Assembly (NCBI GenBank): GCA_044371785.1
Contig: JBILTA010000817.1
Coordinates: 1 to 44,805, forward strand
Direction of reading: 5' to 3'
Source of the DNA: Pirellulaceae bacterium
Lineage (GTDB): Bacteria; Planctomycetota; Planctomycetia; Pirellulales; Pirellulaceae
DNA length: 44,805 nt
In this document: positions 1-7,930 of the stretch, one piece after another
Position numbering within the stretch: position 1 is the stretch's first letter
How the letters are laid out: each line of letters opens with the position of its first letter
The notes under the pieces: model-generated
Database searches by the model: none
What the model was told of the DNA's origin: nothing
Seen by the model: the letters and a program-made list of their open reading frames with translations, nothing else
Position numbers and translations under genes: made by a program

Positions 1-629
1 GGAGCCACCGAACACACCAGCCACACCAAGCATGTGGAAGGGGTGCATCAGGATGTTGTGCTCAGCCTGGAACACCAGCATGTAGTTGAAGGTGCCGGAG
101 ATACCCAGGGGCATGGCGTCCGAGAAGCTTCCTTGGCCAAAGGGATAGACAAGGAATACAGCGGTAGTAGCCGCCACCGGGGCTGAGTATGCAACAAAGA
201 TCCAGGGCCTCATCCCTAGTCGATAGCTAAGTTCCCACTCCCGTCCCATGTAAGCATAGATGCCAATGAGGAAGTGGAATACTGTGAGCTGGAACGGTCC
301 CCCGTTGTAGAGCCATTCATCAAGTGAATTAGCTTCCCAAATTGGGTAGAGGTGAAGTCCGATGGCATTGCTGCTCGGAACGACGGCTCCCGATATGATG
401 TTGTTTCCATAAAGAAGACTCCCTGCTACGGGCTCTCGGATGCCATCAATATCGACAGGGGGAGCCGCGATGAATGCAATTACAAAGCAAATGGTGGCTG
501 CTAGGAGACACGGAATCATCAGTGTTCCAAACCACCCAACATAAAGACGGTTATTGGTCGAAGTGACCCAGTTACAAAAAAGCTCCCAAGATGAATCCTG
601 AGAGCGACGATCTGCGATAGTTGCAGTCA
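1..629 (-). CDS. psbA: Photosystem II D1 protein, 5' portion. It runs off the window start and the reading frame is broken near codons 5-10.
   Basis: ATG at 629..627 gives MTATIADRR. The D1 frame (..[88 protein letters not shown]) then runs to base 1 in another phase. It is missing from the ORF track because it has no in-window stop. Confidence 0.9.
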
Positions 630-638
630 TAATTGGAA

Positions 639-935
639 TTAGTTTAGTCGAGTTACTGTTACCCGTCCAACTCCAGAGGCAGTGAGACCGATAGCATCAG
701 CCGCACCTTTACTGAGATCCAGATCCCTTCCATATGTGTAAGGACCCCGATCATTGACCGTCACCACAGCACACCGTTGATGGCATACACGTAGACGTGT
801 ACCAAACGGGAGTGACTTATGAGCAGCAGTAAGGCCGTTTTGATTGTATCGAGATCCACTCGCGGTTGTGTTCCCGTGAAAACCAGGACCATACCAAGAG
901 CTAATCACCGACAGAGTAGTCAGAATAGGAATCAT
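639..935 (-). CDS. RlpA-family double-psi beta-barrel (DPBB) protein with an N-terminal hydrophobic anchor or signal
   Basis: 98 aa with an ATG start. [56 protein letters not shown] matches the RlpA DPBB signature almost residue for residue. Confidence 0.8.
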   Translation of the reverse strand: MIPILTTLSVISSWYGPGFHGNTTASGSRYNQNGLTAAHKSLPFGTRLRVCHQRCAVVTVNDRGPYTYGRDLDLSKGAADAIGLTASGVGRVTVTRLN

Positions 936-1020
936 AATTAGATAGCGAAGGACTTGATATTGCTCACTCCTTCAGTCCGCCAACACACTCGCAGTATTGA
1001 CGGAACTATCTTGTTGTTAA

Positions 1021-1071
1021 TCAGTAGCGCTTCTTACCGCCACCGCCTTTGCAGCCTTTACCTTTAGCCAT
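1021..1071 (-). CDS. Tiny Gly/Lys-rich ORF (16 aa), speculative
   Basis: MAKGKGCKGGGGKKRY, with GGAG 7 nt upstream of the ATG (ggagaaatcaaATG), directly after the scaffold stop. Too short to assess its coding potential. Confidence 0.2.
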   Translation of the reverse strand: MAKGKGCKGGGGKKRY

Positions 1072-1087
1072 TTGATTTCTCCAATAA

Positions 1088-1861
1088 TTAGTAGTTAAGT
1101 TCTGAACGTTCGAGCTTTGCATATACATCTTGACGATATGCGGGGTCTCGCTCATATCGTGGATCTGACATAGCAGATACCACTTCCGCTTGAGATCGGA
1201 ACACATCACGGTTGTTTGCTGCCGGCTTACCTTTCAGTAGCTGACCTTCAATTCCATTGGCTTCTGTGTACCGTGCCTTGAGTGCGTGAACAGCAAAGTT
1301 GATTGCATTAAAGCTTCCTTCTGCCATCACACTGTCATACATATCAACCTCCTCGGGAGAGAGATTCTCCGAAGCCCAGGCAATCATTTCTTGGTAACCA
1401 TCGTCACCACCTGCAATGTTCCTGATTGACTTCAGTTGACTCTCATTAAACTCCGGACCACTATTGCCAGATTCAACCTCAGAACGATACTTAATGTACT
1501 CAGCTGCTAGATCAGCAGAATCCATCTTCGACAGCTTTGCCTGAGTCTCCTTTGTCAGCTTTCCAGATACTGCCTCTTGCCAGAGCGTATCCAGAAATGC
1601 ATCACCTGCTTCCGGTGTTTCACCTTCGCTTTGCGTGTCTTCAGATGCTGAAGTCTCTACCTGATTATCACTATTGCGAGAACCAAGCTTCGATTGCAAT
1701 TCAACGTAAGCTTTCTCTAGCTCTTCAGCATCACGGAACTTACCAGCCAAGAGCTGTTGTTCTTTAGCGGCTTGCGCTTCGCCAATCGCTAGAGCCTCTT
1801 GTTCCGCTTCGTTAAATTCAGGTTGATCCACGGGGTTCGGATCATACGTCAGTGTTGCCAT
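1088..1861 (-). CDS. Scaffolding protein (T7 gp9 position)
   Basis: 257 aa, very acidic and helical-looking (..EAEQEALAIGEAQAAKEQQLLAGKFRDAEELEKAYVELQSKLG..). It lies immediately downstream of portal. ATG start. Confidence 0.7.
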   Translation of the reverse strand: MATLTYDPNPVDQPEFNEAEQEALAIGEAQAAKEQQLLAGKFRDAEELEKAYVELQSKLGSRNSDNQVETSASEDTQSEGETPEAGDAFLDTLWQEAVSGKLTKETQAKLSKMDSADLAAEYIKYRSEVESGNSGPEFNESQLKSIRNIAGGDDGYQEMIAWASENLSPEEVDMYDSVMAEGSFNAINFAVHALKARYTEANGIEGQLLKGKPAANNRDVFRSQAEVVSAMSDPRYERDPAYRQDVYAKLERSELNY

Positions 1862-2093
1862 GTGCAGTGATTACTTTTAGGTTACCAAGACCAACCTTCG
1901 TTACATAGTTGGGTGAACGACCAAGGGTAGGAGTTCCAATCTTGGCCTTAGCTTTGTACTTATCCGGTTCAGGAGTCTCTACCTTAAGCACAGGCTTCTC
2001 TGATGGTGGATGCGGAACTTCCTTCATTGAACGAGGAGGTTCCATTTGAGTGGGTCTACGCCGGTTGTTCCGGCTGGGTGATTTGTCCGTCAT
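1842..2093 (-). CDS. Hypothetical Pro/Lys-rich small protein
   Basis: 83-aa ORF bridging portal and scaffold, overlapping them by 38 nt and 20 nt. There is an alternative ATG at 2045. No recognisable motif. Confidence 0.35.
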   Translation of the reverse strand: MTDKSPSRNNRRRPTQMEPPRSMKEVPHPPSEKPVLKVETPEPDKYKAKAKIGTPTLGRSPNYVTKVGLGNLKVITAHGNTDV

Positions 2094-3624
2094 TTATTTG
2101 AGGATTCTTGGATGGATCATTTACTGGTGCAGATGCCAACTGTCCAGCTTGCTTGGTAAGTTCCATTTGCTGTTGTTGTGCCATTGCTTGCTGCTGCTCT
2201 GCCTGGATATCTTGAGTGGACTTAACAAGATTCAGGACATCAATTCCTTGAGATGCTGCTAAACGCTTAATTACTTCCTCAGGATTGACATATGTCTGAA
2301 TAGCATCAGGTCCCATCGTCTGAGCAATTGTCATCAGGAAGGAACCAAGGCTCTCTCGATCTTGCCCACGTCCCAATGCATTGATACCAGCGACAATGGT
2401 TGGCTTGACAATGTTTTTGGGAATACGTGGGATTTCACCAGTCTTCTGGAAGACATTCAGCTTCCGGTTCAAATAGGGAACAAGGAAGTCCACAGTCAGC
2501 ATACTAAATAGTCCGCCAAGCTGTGACTCCAATTCCATTTGAGTCATCCGCACTTCTTCTGCAGTTGTTCGTTCAGACTGTCGTACATTTAAAATCAAGA
2601 ATGCATCCGATAAACGACGCTCCAGTTGGAGAGCCATCTCATATGCAGTCCTAAAGTCTGCAGTCTTCCCAACCTGTACGACACCAATATCATCAGGTCG
2701 TCCCTGAACGATGGCACCGTTGCCTGCAGCGGCCAGTGTGGCCGGTTTGGTTGTGCTTGATGGCGACACAACAAAGACAACCTTTGCTGCTGCTGCAGAG
2801 CCTTCTACAAGTGCCTGGGATAGTGCTTCAAGGGAACGAAGGTCTCCGATAAATTCTTCGACCCTGCCCCTGCCGTACATCTCTCCATCAACCGTATTGA
2901 AGCGCAGTGCGATCCATGGATTTGCATCAAGTGGTGCCTTACCAAATGACTTCTCAATCACTACATCATCAACTTCTTGATGCCAGACGTAGCGATTGTT
3001 GTCACGTCGAACGTGTGTGTAGATATCAACCTCATCTTGATTGTTATGCTTGTCTGAGCCAACCTGATTCGGTTTGCGCTCTGGCAGCATATCCTCGATG
3101 AGTTTCCTTGAGACTCGCTCTTTGGTTACGATTTCAATGACGTTACCATCTCCATCTCGGTCCAACACATAGCGATTAAGTGGATACAACCTCAGCCCTT
3201 CTTTGCCCATGTAAATCAGTGCATTTCCTGCAACCACCAAATGCTTCAACGCTTGGTGCACAACGACTCGATCATCGCTGGCAGCAATCGATTCCATAAT
3301 GGTTCTCTCGATCTTTGCAAAAGCAAGATCAAGTTCTGATTTAATACCGGGTCCGTACTCCTGACCAAGCATTGATTCATCCACTTGAAGCTTAAAGAAG
3401 CTTGTCTGTGGAGGAAGCAAAGCAAGCATGAGCTTTGCAGACAAAGTGACTACACCTTTAGCACCTACGGATTGCCAAGGTGTTGGCAGGATCCTGTTGC
3501 TTTTGTAGTCTTCTTCATCATCACGGATTAGGTAAGGCAACGTAAGCTCTGCTGCTCTACGTGCTGTGTGTAGGTATTGAGTGCGATGACCGTACAGTAA
3601 ATCATACCTTTGTTTAGCCGACAT
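2056..3624 (-). CDS. Portal (head-tail connector) protein, T7 gp8-like
   Basis: 522 aa, ATG start, in the position upstream of scaffold and capsid. The Gln-rich acidic C-terminal tail is typical of T7-group portals. Confidence 0.85.
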   Translation of the reverse strand: MSAKQRYDLLYGHRTQYLHTARRAAELTLPYLIRDDEEDYKSNRILPTPWQSVGAKGVVTLSAKLMLALLPPQTSFFKLQVDESMLGQEYGPGIKSELDLAFAKIERTIMESIAASDDRVVVHQALKHLVVAGNALIYMGKEGLRLYPLNRYVLDRDGDGNVIEIVTKERVSRKLIEDMLPERKPNQVGSDKHNNQDEVDIYTHVRRDNNRYVWHQEVDDVVIEKSFGKAPLDANPWIALRFNTVDGEMYGRGRVEEFIGDLRSLEALSQALVEGSAAAAKVVFVVSPSSTTKPATLAAAGNGAIVQGRPDDIGVVQVGKTADFRTAYEMALQLERRLSDAFLILNVRQSERTTAEEVRMTQMELESQLGGLFSMLTVDFLVPYLNRKLNVFQKTGEIPRIPKNIVKPTIVAGINALGRGQDRESLGSFLMTIAQTMGPDAIQTYVNPEEVIKRLAASQGIDVLNLVKSTQDIQAEQQQAMAQQQQMELTKQAGQLASAPVNDPSKNPQINDGQITQPEQPA

Positions 3625-4873
3625 TCAATCCCCCGCCAATACTAAGAGGACTCATGCCTTGCATCATCGACATCATCATCATGTTCCTCATGTAATCTCG
3701 CCGAGTCTGTGCACGGCGTCGTGCAGCACGAATTGCATCAGTTAGATAGGACTGTCCAAGTGCAGCAAACTGCAGTGGATCATTGATATCAAACTCAGAA
3801 CTTACATCTTCAAAGGACTCCAGCGTTGGCATTGCAGCCATCGCGGGTTCTTCCATAGAAGTCATCAGTTGATCCAGAAAGTCTTGCACGTTCATTTGAC
3901 CCTGGCCTGCAGGAGTCATGTTTGGTGCAGCTGTACCGGTTGGGCTACCCGTCGGCATGGCCGGTTCATTCGATACAGGGCGTGTATTCCTATTTGGCTG
4001 AGTGCCAGTTACAGGACCACGAGGCAAGACTGTCGATGTACTTCCCTTGCTACTGATAAACAACTTACTTCCCTTGTCTAGCTTAGGTGAGTTGTTAATC
4101 TTCTGGAGGATTGGGTTTCCAGAAAAGGGGTCATAGTTGATCTCTTGACCTTTTTGGGTAACAAACCTAGCCGCCTCTGGCAGCAGACTGTTCTCGGCTG
4201 TGTATTGATTGACTACCTTTGAGCCAATAGACAAACCTTTCTGTACGGCCTTTTCCAGAACCTGATCCTGCGACTTGCCAGTAACCCTGGAAATCCTTTG
4301 CAGTTCTTTCTGCGACAGCGTGTTCCCAGCAGCCAATACATTCTGCCCGAAACCTGCGTTCTTATCGAACTTGGGTGCCACTGTTGCTGGGGCATTCGCT
4401 GCTTGCTGAGCATTTGCACCAATCGTCAATCCTTGTGCAGCTGCTTGACTTTGGATTTGTTGTGGTGTCAGCCCACTTTGTATGGCTCTGTTAAATGCTT
4501 GCGCACCCAGCACACCAGGAGTTGAGTTGCCCCCAAGAAATGCTGCCAAGCTATTGGCATTCTGTGGAGCAGGGTTTATCTGTAGTTGTTGCAGTGCTCC
4601 TGCTCCAATGTTCAAGCCTTGTGCAGCTGCTTGGTTCCTGATCTGCTCAGCAGTTAAGCCACTCTCCAGAGCACGGTTTACTGCTTGAGCACCAAGTGAT
4701 CCCTGTGTTGCGTTTGCACCTAAGAACTGATTTAGATTCTGTTGTGGAGCTTGTGCAGGCGCAGCATAATCACCAGCAGGAACTGTGTAGGCATCCCTAC
4801 TTCCTGCGTTCATGATTAGTGGGATACCCTTCCTTGCAGCCGCAGCTCTAATTAGATCTAGTGTAGCGCTCAT
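3614..4873 (-). CDS. Hypothetical protein with tandem ~61-aa Gln/Ala-rich repeats and a Met-rich C-terminus
   Basis: 419 aa, ATG start, stop overlapping the portal start. Internal repeats FLG(A/G)N(A/S)T.G.LGAQA(V/F)NRA..SGLT..QI..QAAAQGL.IGA.A are visible in the translation. Confidence 0.7.
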   Translation of the reverse strand: MSATLDLIRAAAARKGIPLIMNAGSRDAYTVPAGDYAAPAQAPQQNLNQFLGANATQGSLGAQAVNRALESGLTAEQIRNQAAAQGLNIGAGALQQLQINPAPQNANSLAAFLGGNSTPGVLGAQAFNRAIQSGLTPQQIQSQAAAQGLTIGANAQQAANAPATVAPKFDKNAGFGQNVLAAGNTLSQKELQRISRVTGKSQDQVLEKAVQKGLSIGSKVVNQYTAENSLLPEAARFVTQKGQEINYDPFSGNPILQKINNSPKLDKGSKLFISSKGSTSTVLPRGPVTGTQPNRNTRPVSNEPAMPTGSPTGTAAPNMTPAGQGQMNVQDFLDQLMTSMEEPAMAAMPTLESFEDVSSEFDINDPLQFAALGQSYLTDAIRAARRRAQTRRDYMRNMMMMSMMQGMSPLSIGGGLNVG

Positions 4874-5072
4874 TGTCTTCTTCCGTAAGTTGATGTTGAA
4901 TCCACTCGACCACAGAGCGCTGGCCTGAGCGGTACATTATTTGCGAGTGTGTATCATCCGGGTGGGGATTAACTTGTGGGAAGTTCTCCTCCAACTTCTG
5001 AAGGAGAACATTAAATTGCAAACCTGATGTCTCCAGCAGGTTAAGCATATTGTGGGAGGTTGGGGTTTGCAT
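4848..5072 (-). CDS. Hypothetical protein
   Basis: The track start at 5078 is TTG. In-frame ATGs lie at 5072 and 5048. No recognisable motif. Confidence 0.4.
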   Translation of the reverse strand: MQTPTSHNMLNLLETSGLQFNVLLQKLEENFPQVNPHPDDTHSQIMYRSGQRSVVEWIQHQLTEEDNERYTRSN

Positions 5073-5754
5073 GTTCAAAGAAAGATGGCATTCTTGCTCG
5101 TTGCGTTTCGATCAATCCTTCCGCTTTTCCTGCATACATCAGACTGTCACTCTGGTCCAACCAGAATTGCTTGTCGAGATATTTATTGTCCGATTTCTTC
5201 AACGGCTGCATCACCCAATTAATGGTTGCCTTCCTGAGCTTATCCAGACTAGGAGACACAGTGAGGCCAAGCTCACGACATACCAGGCTATTCGTTGCAA
5301 CATGAACTTGTTCATCTCTTGAGATATCAGCGCTTACTGTTCGCATTCCAGCGTCACCATTAAAGCGGAAGAATGGGAGTAGTACGAAGAAAATCGCACG
5401 CTCGGCAACCATTGCTTTGGCGACAGTGTGATCAGGATGCGAGACCCAAGCTTCCCGGAGGCGCATTGCTTCGGCTTCAGCTTTCTCGTCAACGCCGTAA
5501 GCGTTCGCGATGTAGCCGAGAGCCAAGTCGTGGTTTTCTTCGTCCTTGATATTGGACAGCAGTAGGTCGCGTGATAGCTCTGGAACTTCATTGGTTAGTG
5601 CATCTTGAATAAAATCCCCAACGGGGAGTTCCATATGCCGCAAAGCAAGGGCTCGGAAGATTGTTTCCTCTGAGCCTTCTTTGACAGCTCCGGCTGTGGT
5701 CTGAACAGGTGACCACTTACGTTTACGATTAAACAGTTTCTGATACGGGTTCAT
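5041..5754 (-). CDS. Ferritin-like di-iron protein, candidate ribonucleotide reductase beta (R2-like) subunit
   Basis: Two ExxH motifs (DEENHDLAL and RDEQVHVAT) with an intervening Glu (VAERAIFF) about 30 aa before the second. The ATG at 5754 overlaps the alpha-subunit stop (TAATG). The track start at 5766 is TTG. Confidence 0.6.
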   Translation of the reverse strand: MNPYQKLFNRKRKWSPVQTTAGAVKEGSEETIFRALALRHMELPVGDFIQDALTNEVPELSRDLLLSNIKDEENHDLALGYIANAYGVDEKAEAEAMRLREAWVSHPDHTVAKAMVAERAIFFVLLPFFRFNGDAGMRTVSADISRDEQVHVATNSLVCRELGLTVSPSLDKLRKATINWVMQPLKKSDNKYLDKQFWLDQSDSLMYAGKAEGLIETQRARMPSFFEHANPNLPQYA

Positions 5755-7154
5755 TACTCTCCACAATTACAATCAGGTACTGGATCATTTAGAAGCGCAT
5801 CCAAGTAATCGTCAACTTCAGACTCATCCAGTGCAGCGTAGGCACTCGACTTGTCTTGTGTATCTCCCATCACTTGTAGCGAGTAGTAAAGGGAGGTTTG
5901 CGGAGATGCAAGCCACTCTTCAATAAAGGCTTCATCATATGTGATCACATCTGACCACGAGTTAAACGAATAGCCATGAAGAAGTCCCGTCTTATCAAGC
6001 ATCTTTACGATGCCATTTGCCACACGGAAATAATCATCCCAACCAACTTCAGACGCGATCTCAACAGGACCATAGTCAAAGCTCTGGACGCCAAATGTTC
6101 CGCTGTCGCGATCCACTTGACGACCAATAGGAGGAGCAATCTCAGGGCAGGTTGTGTAACCATTAAGGTCTTTATACCTGTAGCTGCAAGATGCTGTAGG
6201 AGCAATGGCAAAGGCTCGATCCATATTGTTCAGCTTTGCAATTTCAGCAGCTGCTTGGATGCCTGCTGCCATCTCCTTGGCCAGAATGATTGCAGGTGTC
6301 GATTCATAGTTACGGAAGTCCTGACCAGTATTCAGCTTTTCTATTGCTTCCCCAAATTCACTGTAGCTGATTCCTTCCTGTCTCAGAAGGTTGGCAAGTC
6401 CCAGCATTCCGAGACCGACTTGGCGATCTGTCTCTGAAGGCAGGTATTCTCCGCTCTCTCCAACACCTGTCTTGCTGTGAAGTACGCACAATTCGGACAT
6501 TCCGTAGACAAACGCACTTTGAATGTCATTGAGTTCGCACCCGCCGAGGTTGACATGTTGCAGTAGACAGGTTCCCCGGCTTGGGAGATAAACTTCCAGG
6601 CAAACGTTACCCCGGATTCGATTTCCATTTCGATCAACCTTAGTCTTGTTAAGCCAGATGTCACCTTTACGAATGCCATTTAGGAGTGCTGCCTTTGTAT
6701 TTTCCGTGGCCTCTTGCCACCAGTAATCATTAATGTTGACGCAGCGCTTAATCCAAGGAAGCTCACTACGGCTAGCAGCAATGAACTCAAGCACATCAGG
6801 ATGGTTGAGATCCAGATGACATACAACAGCTCCATTCTTGTAGATGCCTCCACGACGGAGCACTTCATTCAAGGTCGAATATATTTTGGCAAAGGACACT
6901 GGCCCGCTAGCCACCAACCCTTTGCCATTCTCAGCACCTTTTGGTCGCAGCTTAGATAGGTGTACAGCAACACCGGCACCGTAGCGAAGAGCATGTGAAA
7001 CAAAGCGCCAAGATGCCTCAAGACCATTTGGTCCCTCCATTGTGTCTTCCACCACGAACACGGTGCAAGAAACGGGAAGTCGTGATGTTGGGTCGTCAAT
7101 CCAAGATTGCACTCGCCCAGTTCGGGCAATCAGTTCTTTGGTGGTCGTAGACAT
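5754..7154 (-). CDS. Ribonucleotide reductase catalytic (alpha) subunit, short cyanopodovirus type
   Basis: 466 aa, ATG start. RNR-like blocks are visible (..NVCLEVYLPSRGTCLLQHVNLG.., ..AIAPTASCSYRY..). The C-terminal Cys pair is ..PDCNCGE. Confidence 0.8.
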   Translation of the reverse strand: MSTTTKELIARTGRVQSWIDDPTSRLPVSCTVFVVEDTMEGPNGLEASWRFVSHALRYGAGVAVHLSKLRPKGAENGKGLVASGPVSFAKIYSTLNEVLRRGGIYKNGAVVCHLDLNHPDVLEFIAASRSELPWIKRCVNINDYWWQEATENTKAALLNGIRKGDIWLNKTKVDRNGNRIRGNVCLEVYLPSRGTCLLQHVNLGGCELNDIQSAFVYGMSELCVLHSKTGVGESGEYLPSETDRQVGLGMLGLANLLRQEGISYSEFGEAIEKLNTGQDFRNYESTPAIILAKEMAAGIQAAAEIAKLNNMDRAFAIAPTASCSYRYKDLNGYTTCPEIAPPIGRQVDRDSGTFGVQSFDYGPVEIASEVGWDDYFRVANGIVKMLDKTGLLHGYSFNSWSDVITYDEAFIEEWLASPQTSLYYSLQVMGDTQDKSSAYAALDESEVDDYLDALLNDPVPDCNCGE

Positions 7155-7156
7155 TA

Positions 7157-7546
7157 TTAAACGAGATCAGTAAGATTAGGTGGTTGATAGTTAGGGCCCT
7201 TCAATACCTTTCCATCATCACGGCGGATTGGTTGTCCATCATCCCCAAGCTTGGACATATTGCTTTCGTGTACTCGGTTGAGAGCTTCATCAAGATCCCA
7301 ATCCAAGTTCTCTGCATATTGATAGCAGACATAAACTAGATCTGCTAATTCCTTCAGGCAGTCCGCAGCATTAATGCGGAGTCCCATAATCAATTGGTTC
7401 TCTGATTCCAAGAACTCTTTGAATTCTTCAACGATCAAACTCCGTTGCATAGTCCGTGAAGCTGGCGTCGTACTGTTCCTCACTTGGAAACCAGCCCTGA
7501 ACTCCTTTGCTTGTTGACTGATGAAGGATTTCATGTTCGAGTTCAT
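7157..7546 (-). CDS. mazG: MazG-like nucleoside triphosphate pyrophosphohydrolase
   Basis: 129 aa. The pattern is ..LIVEEFKEFLES..LKELADLVYVCYQYA..DLDEALNRVHESNMSKL..DGKVLKGPNYQPP.., typical of small all-alpha MazG/PRA-PH-like enzymes. Confidence 0.65.
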   Translation of the reverse strand: MNSNMKSFISQQAKEFRAGFQVRNSTTPASRTMQRSLIVEEFKEFLESENQLIMGLRINAADCLKELADLVYVCYQYAENLDWDLDEALNRVHESNMSKLGDDGQPIRRDDGKVLKGPNYQPPNLTDLV

Positions 7547-7727
7547 TCTGCAGATAATGGATGGCTTTAGTTAAATCAGATACCTTGCTGTCCTTGTATC
7601 CAGCTCGGCATATGTATTTGATTGCATTACCAAGATGGAAGTTCAATCCTTGATCTCGGATGAAGTCCCATGCTTGTATTGACCCTCGCCTGTAGTAGCT
7701 TGGGCCTTGGGTGTTGGAGTTGGCCAT
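7428..7727 (-). CDS. DUF3310-family phage protein
   Basis: ..YYRRGSIQAWDFI..GLNFHLGNAIKYICRAGYK....DL.KAIHYLQ.. is the DUF3310 pattern. The non-conserved C-terminal tail runs 119 nt into the next gene. Confidence 0.6.
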   Translation of the reverse strand: MANSNTQGPSYYRRGSIQAWDFIRDQGLNFHLGNAIKYICRAGYKDSKVSDLTKAIHYLQNELEHEILHQSTSKGVQGWFPSEEQYDASFTDYATEFDR

Positions 7728-7930
7728 TTCTTTACAAGGTTTGCCAGTGAATTGCTTAAGACAAAGTTCTGATGCTGTAGAGCTAGAAACACAGTGATCA
7801 CATCTTCAAGCTGTGTCTCTGGACTCCTTAATGCATTTTCAATTTGCTTTAGCTTGAACTGTTGCTCCATCGTCATTTCGACTATTGGAGCTGGGAGACC
7901 AAAGTCTTGGTTCTTGAATGGTGAAATCAT
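7643..7930 (-). CDS. nblA: NblA-like (phycobilisome degradation adaptor) small protein, tentative
   Basis: The core MTMEQQFKLKQIENALRSPETQLEDVITVFLALQHQNFVLSNSLANLVKKW parallels cyanobacterial NblA (LS.EQQF.L......V......LEDL........M.......L.K.QW). The likely start is an internal ATG at 7876 or 7870. Confidence 0.5.
   Translation of the reverse strand: MISPFKNQDFGLPAPIVEMTMEQQFKLKQIENALRSPETQLEDVITVFLALQHQNFVLSNSLANLVKKWPTPTPKAQATTGEGQYKHGTSSEIKD

Noticed and set aside
216-410. 64-aa - strand ORF
   Set aside because: It is an alternative frame inside psbA, whose D1 frame is unmistakable.
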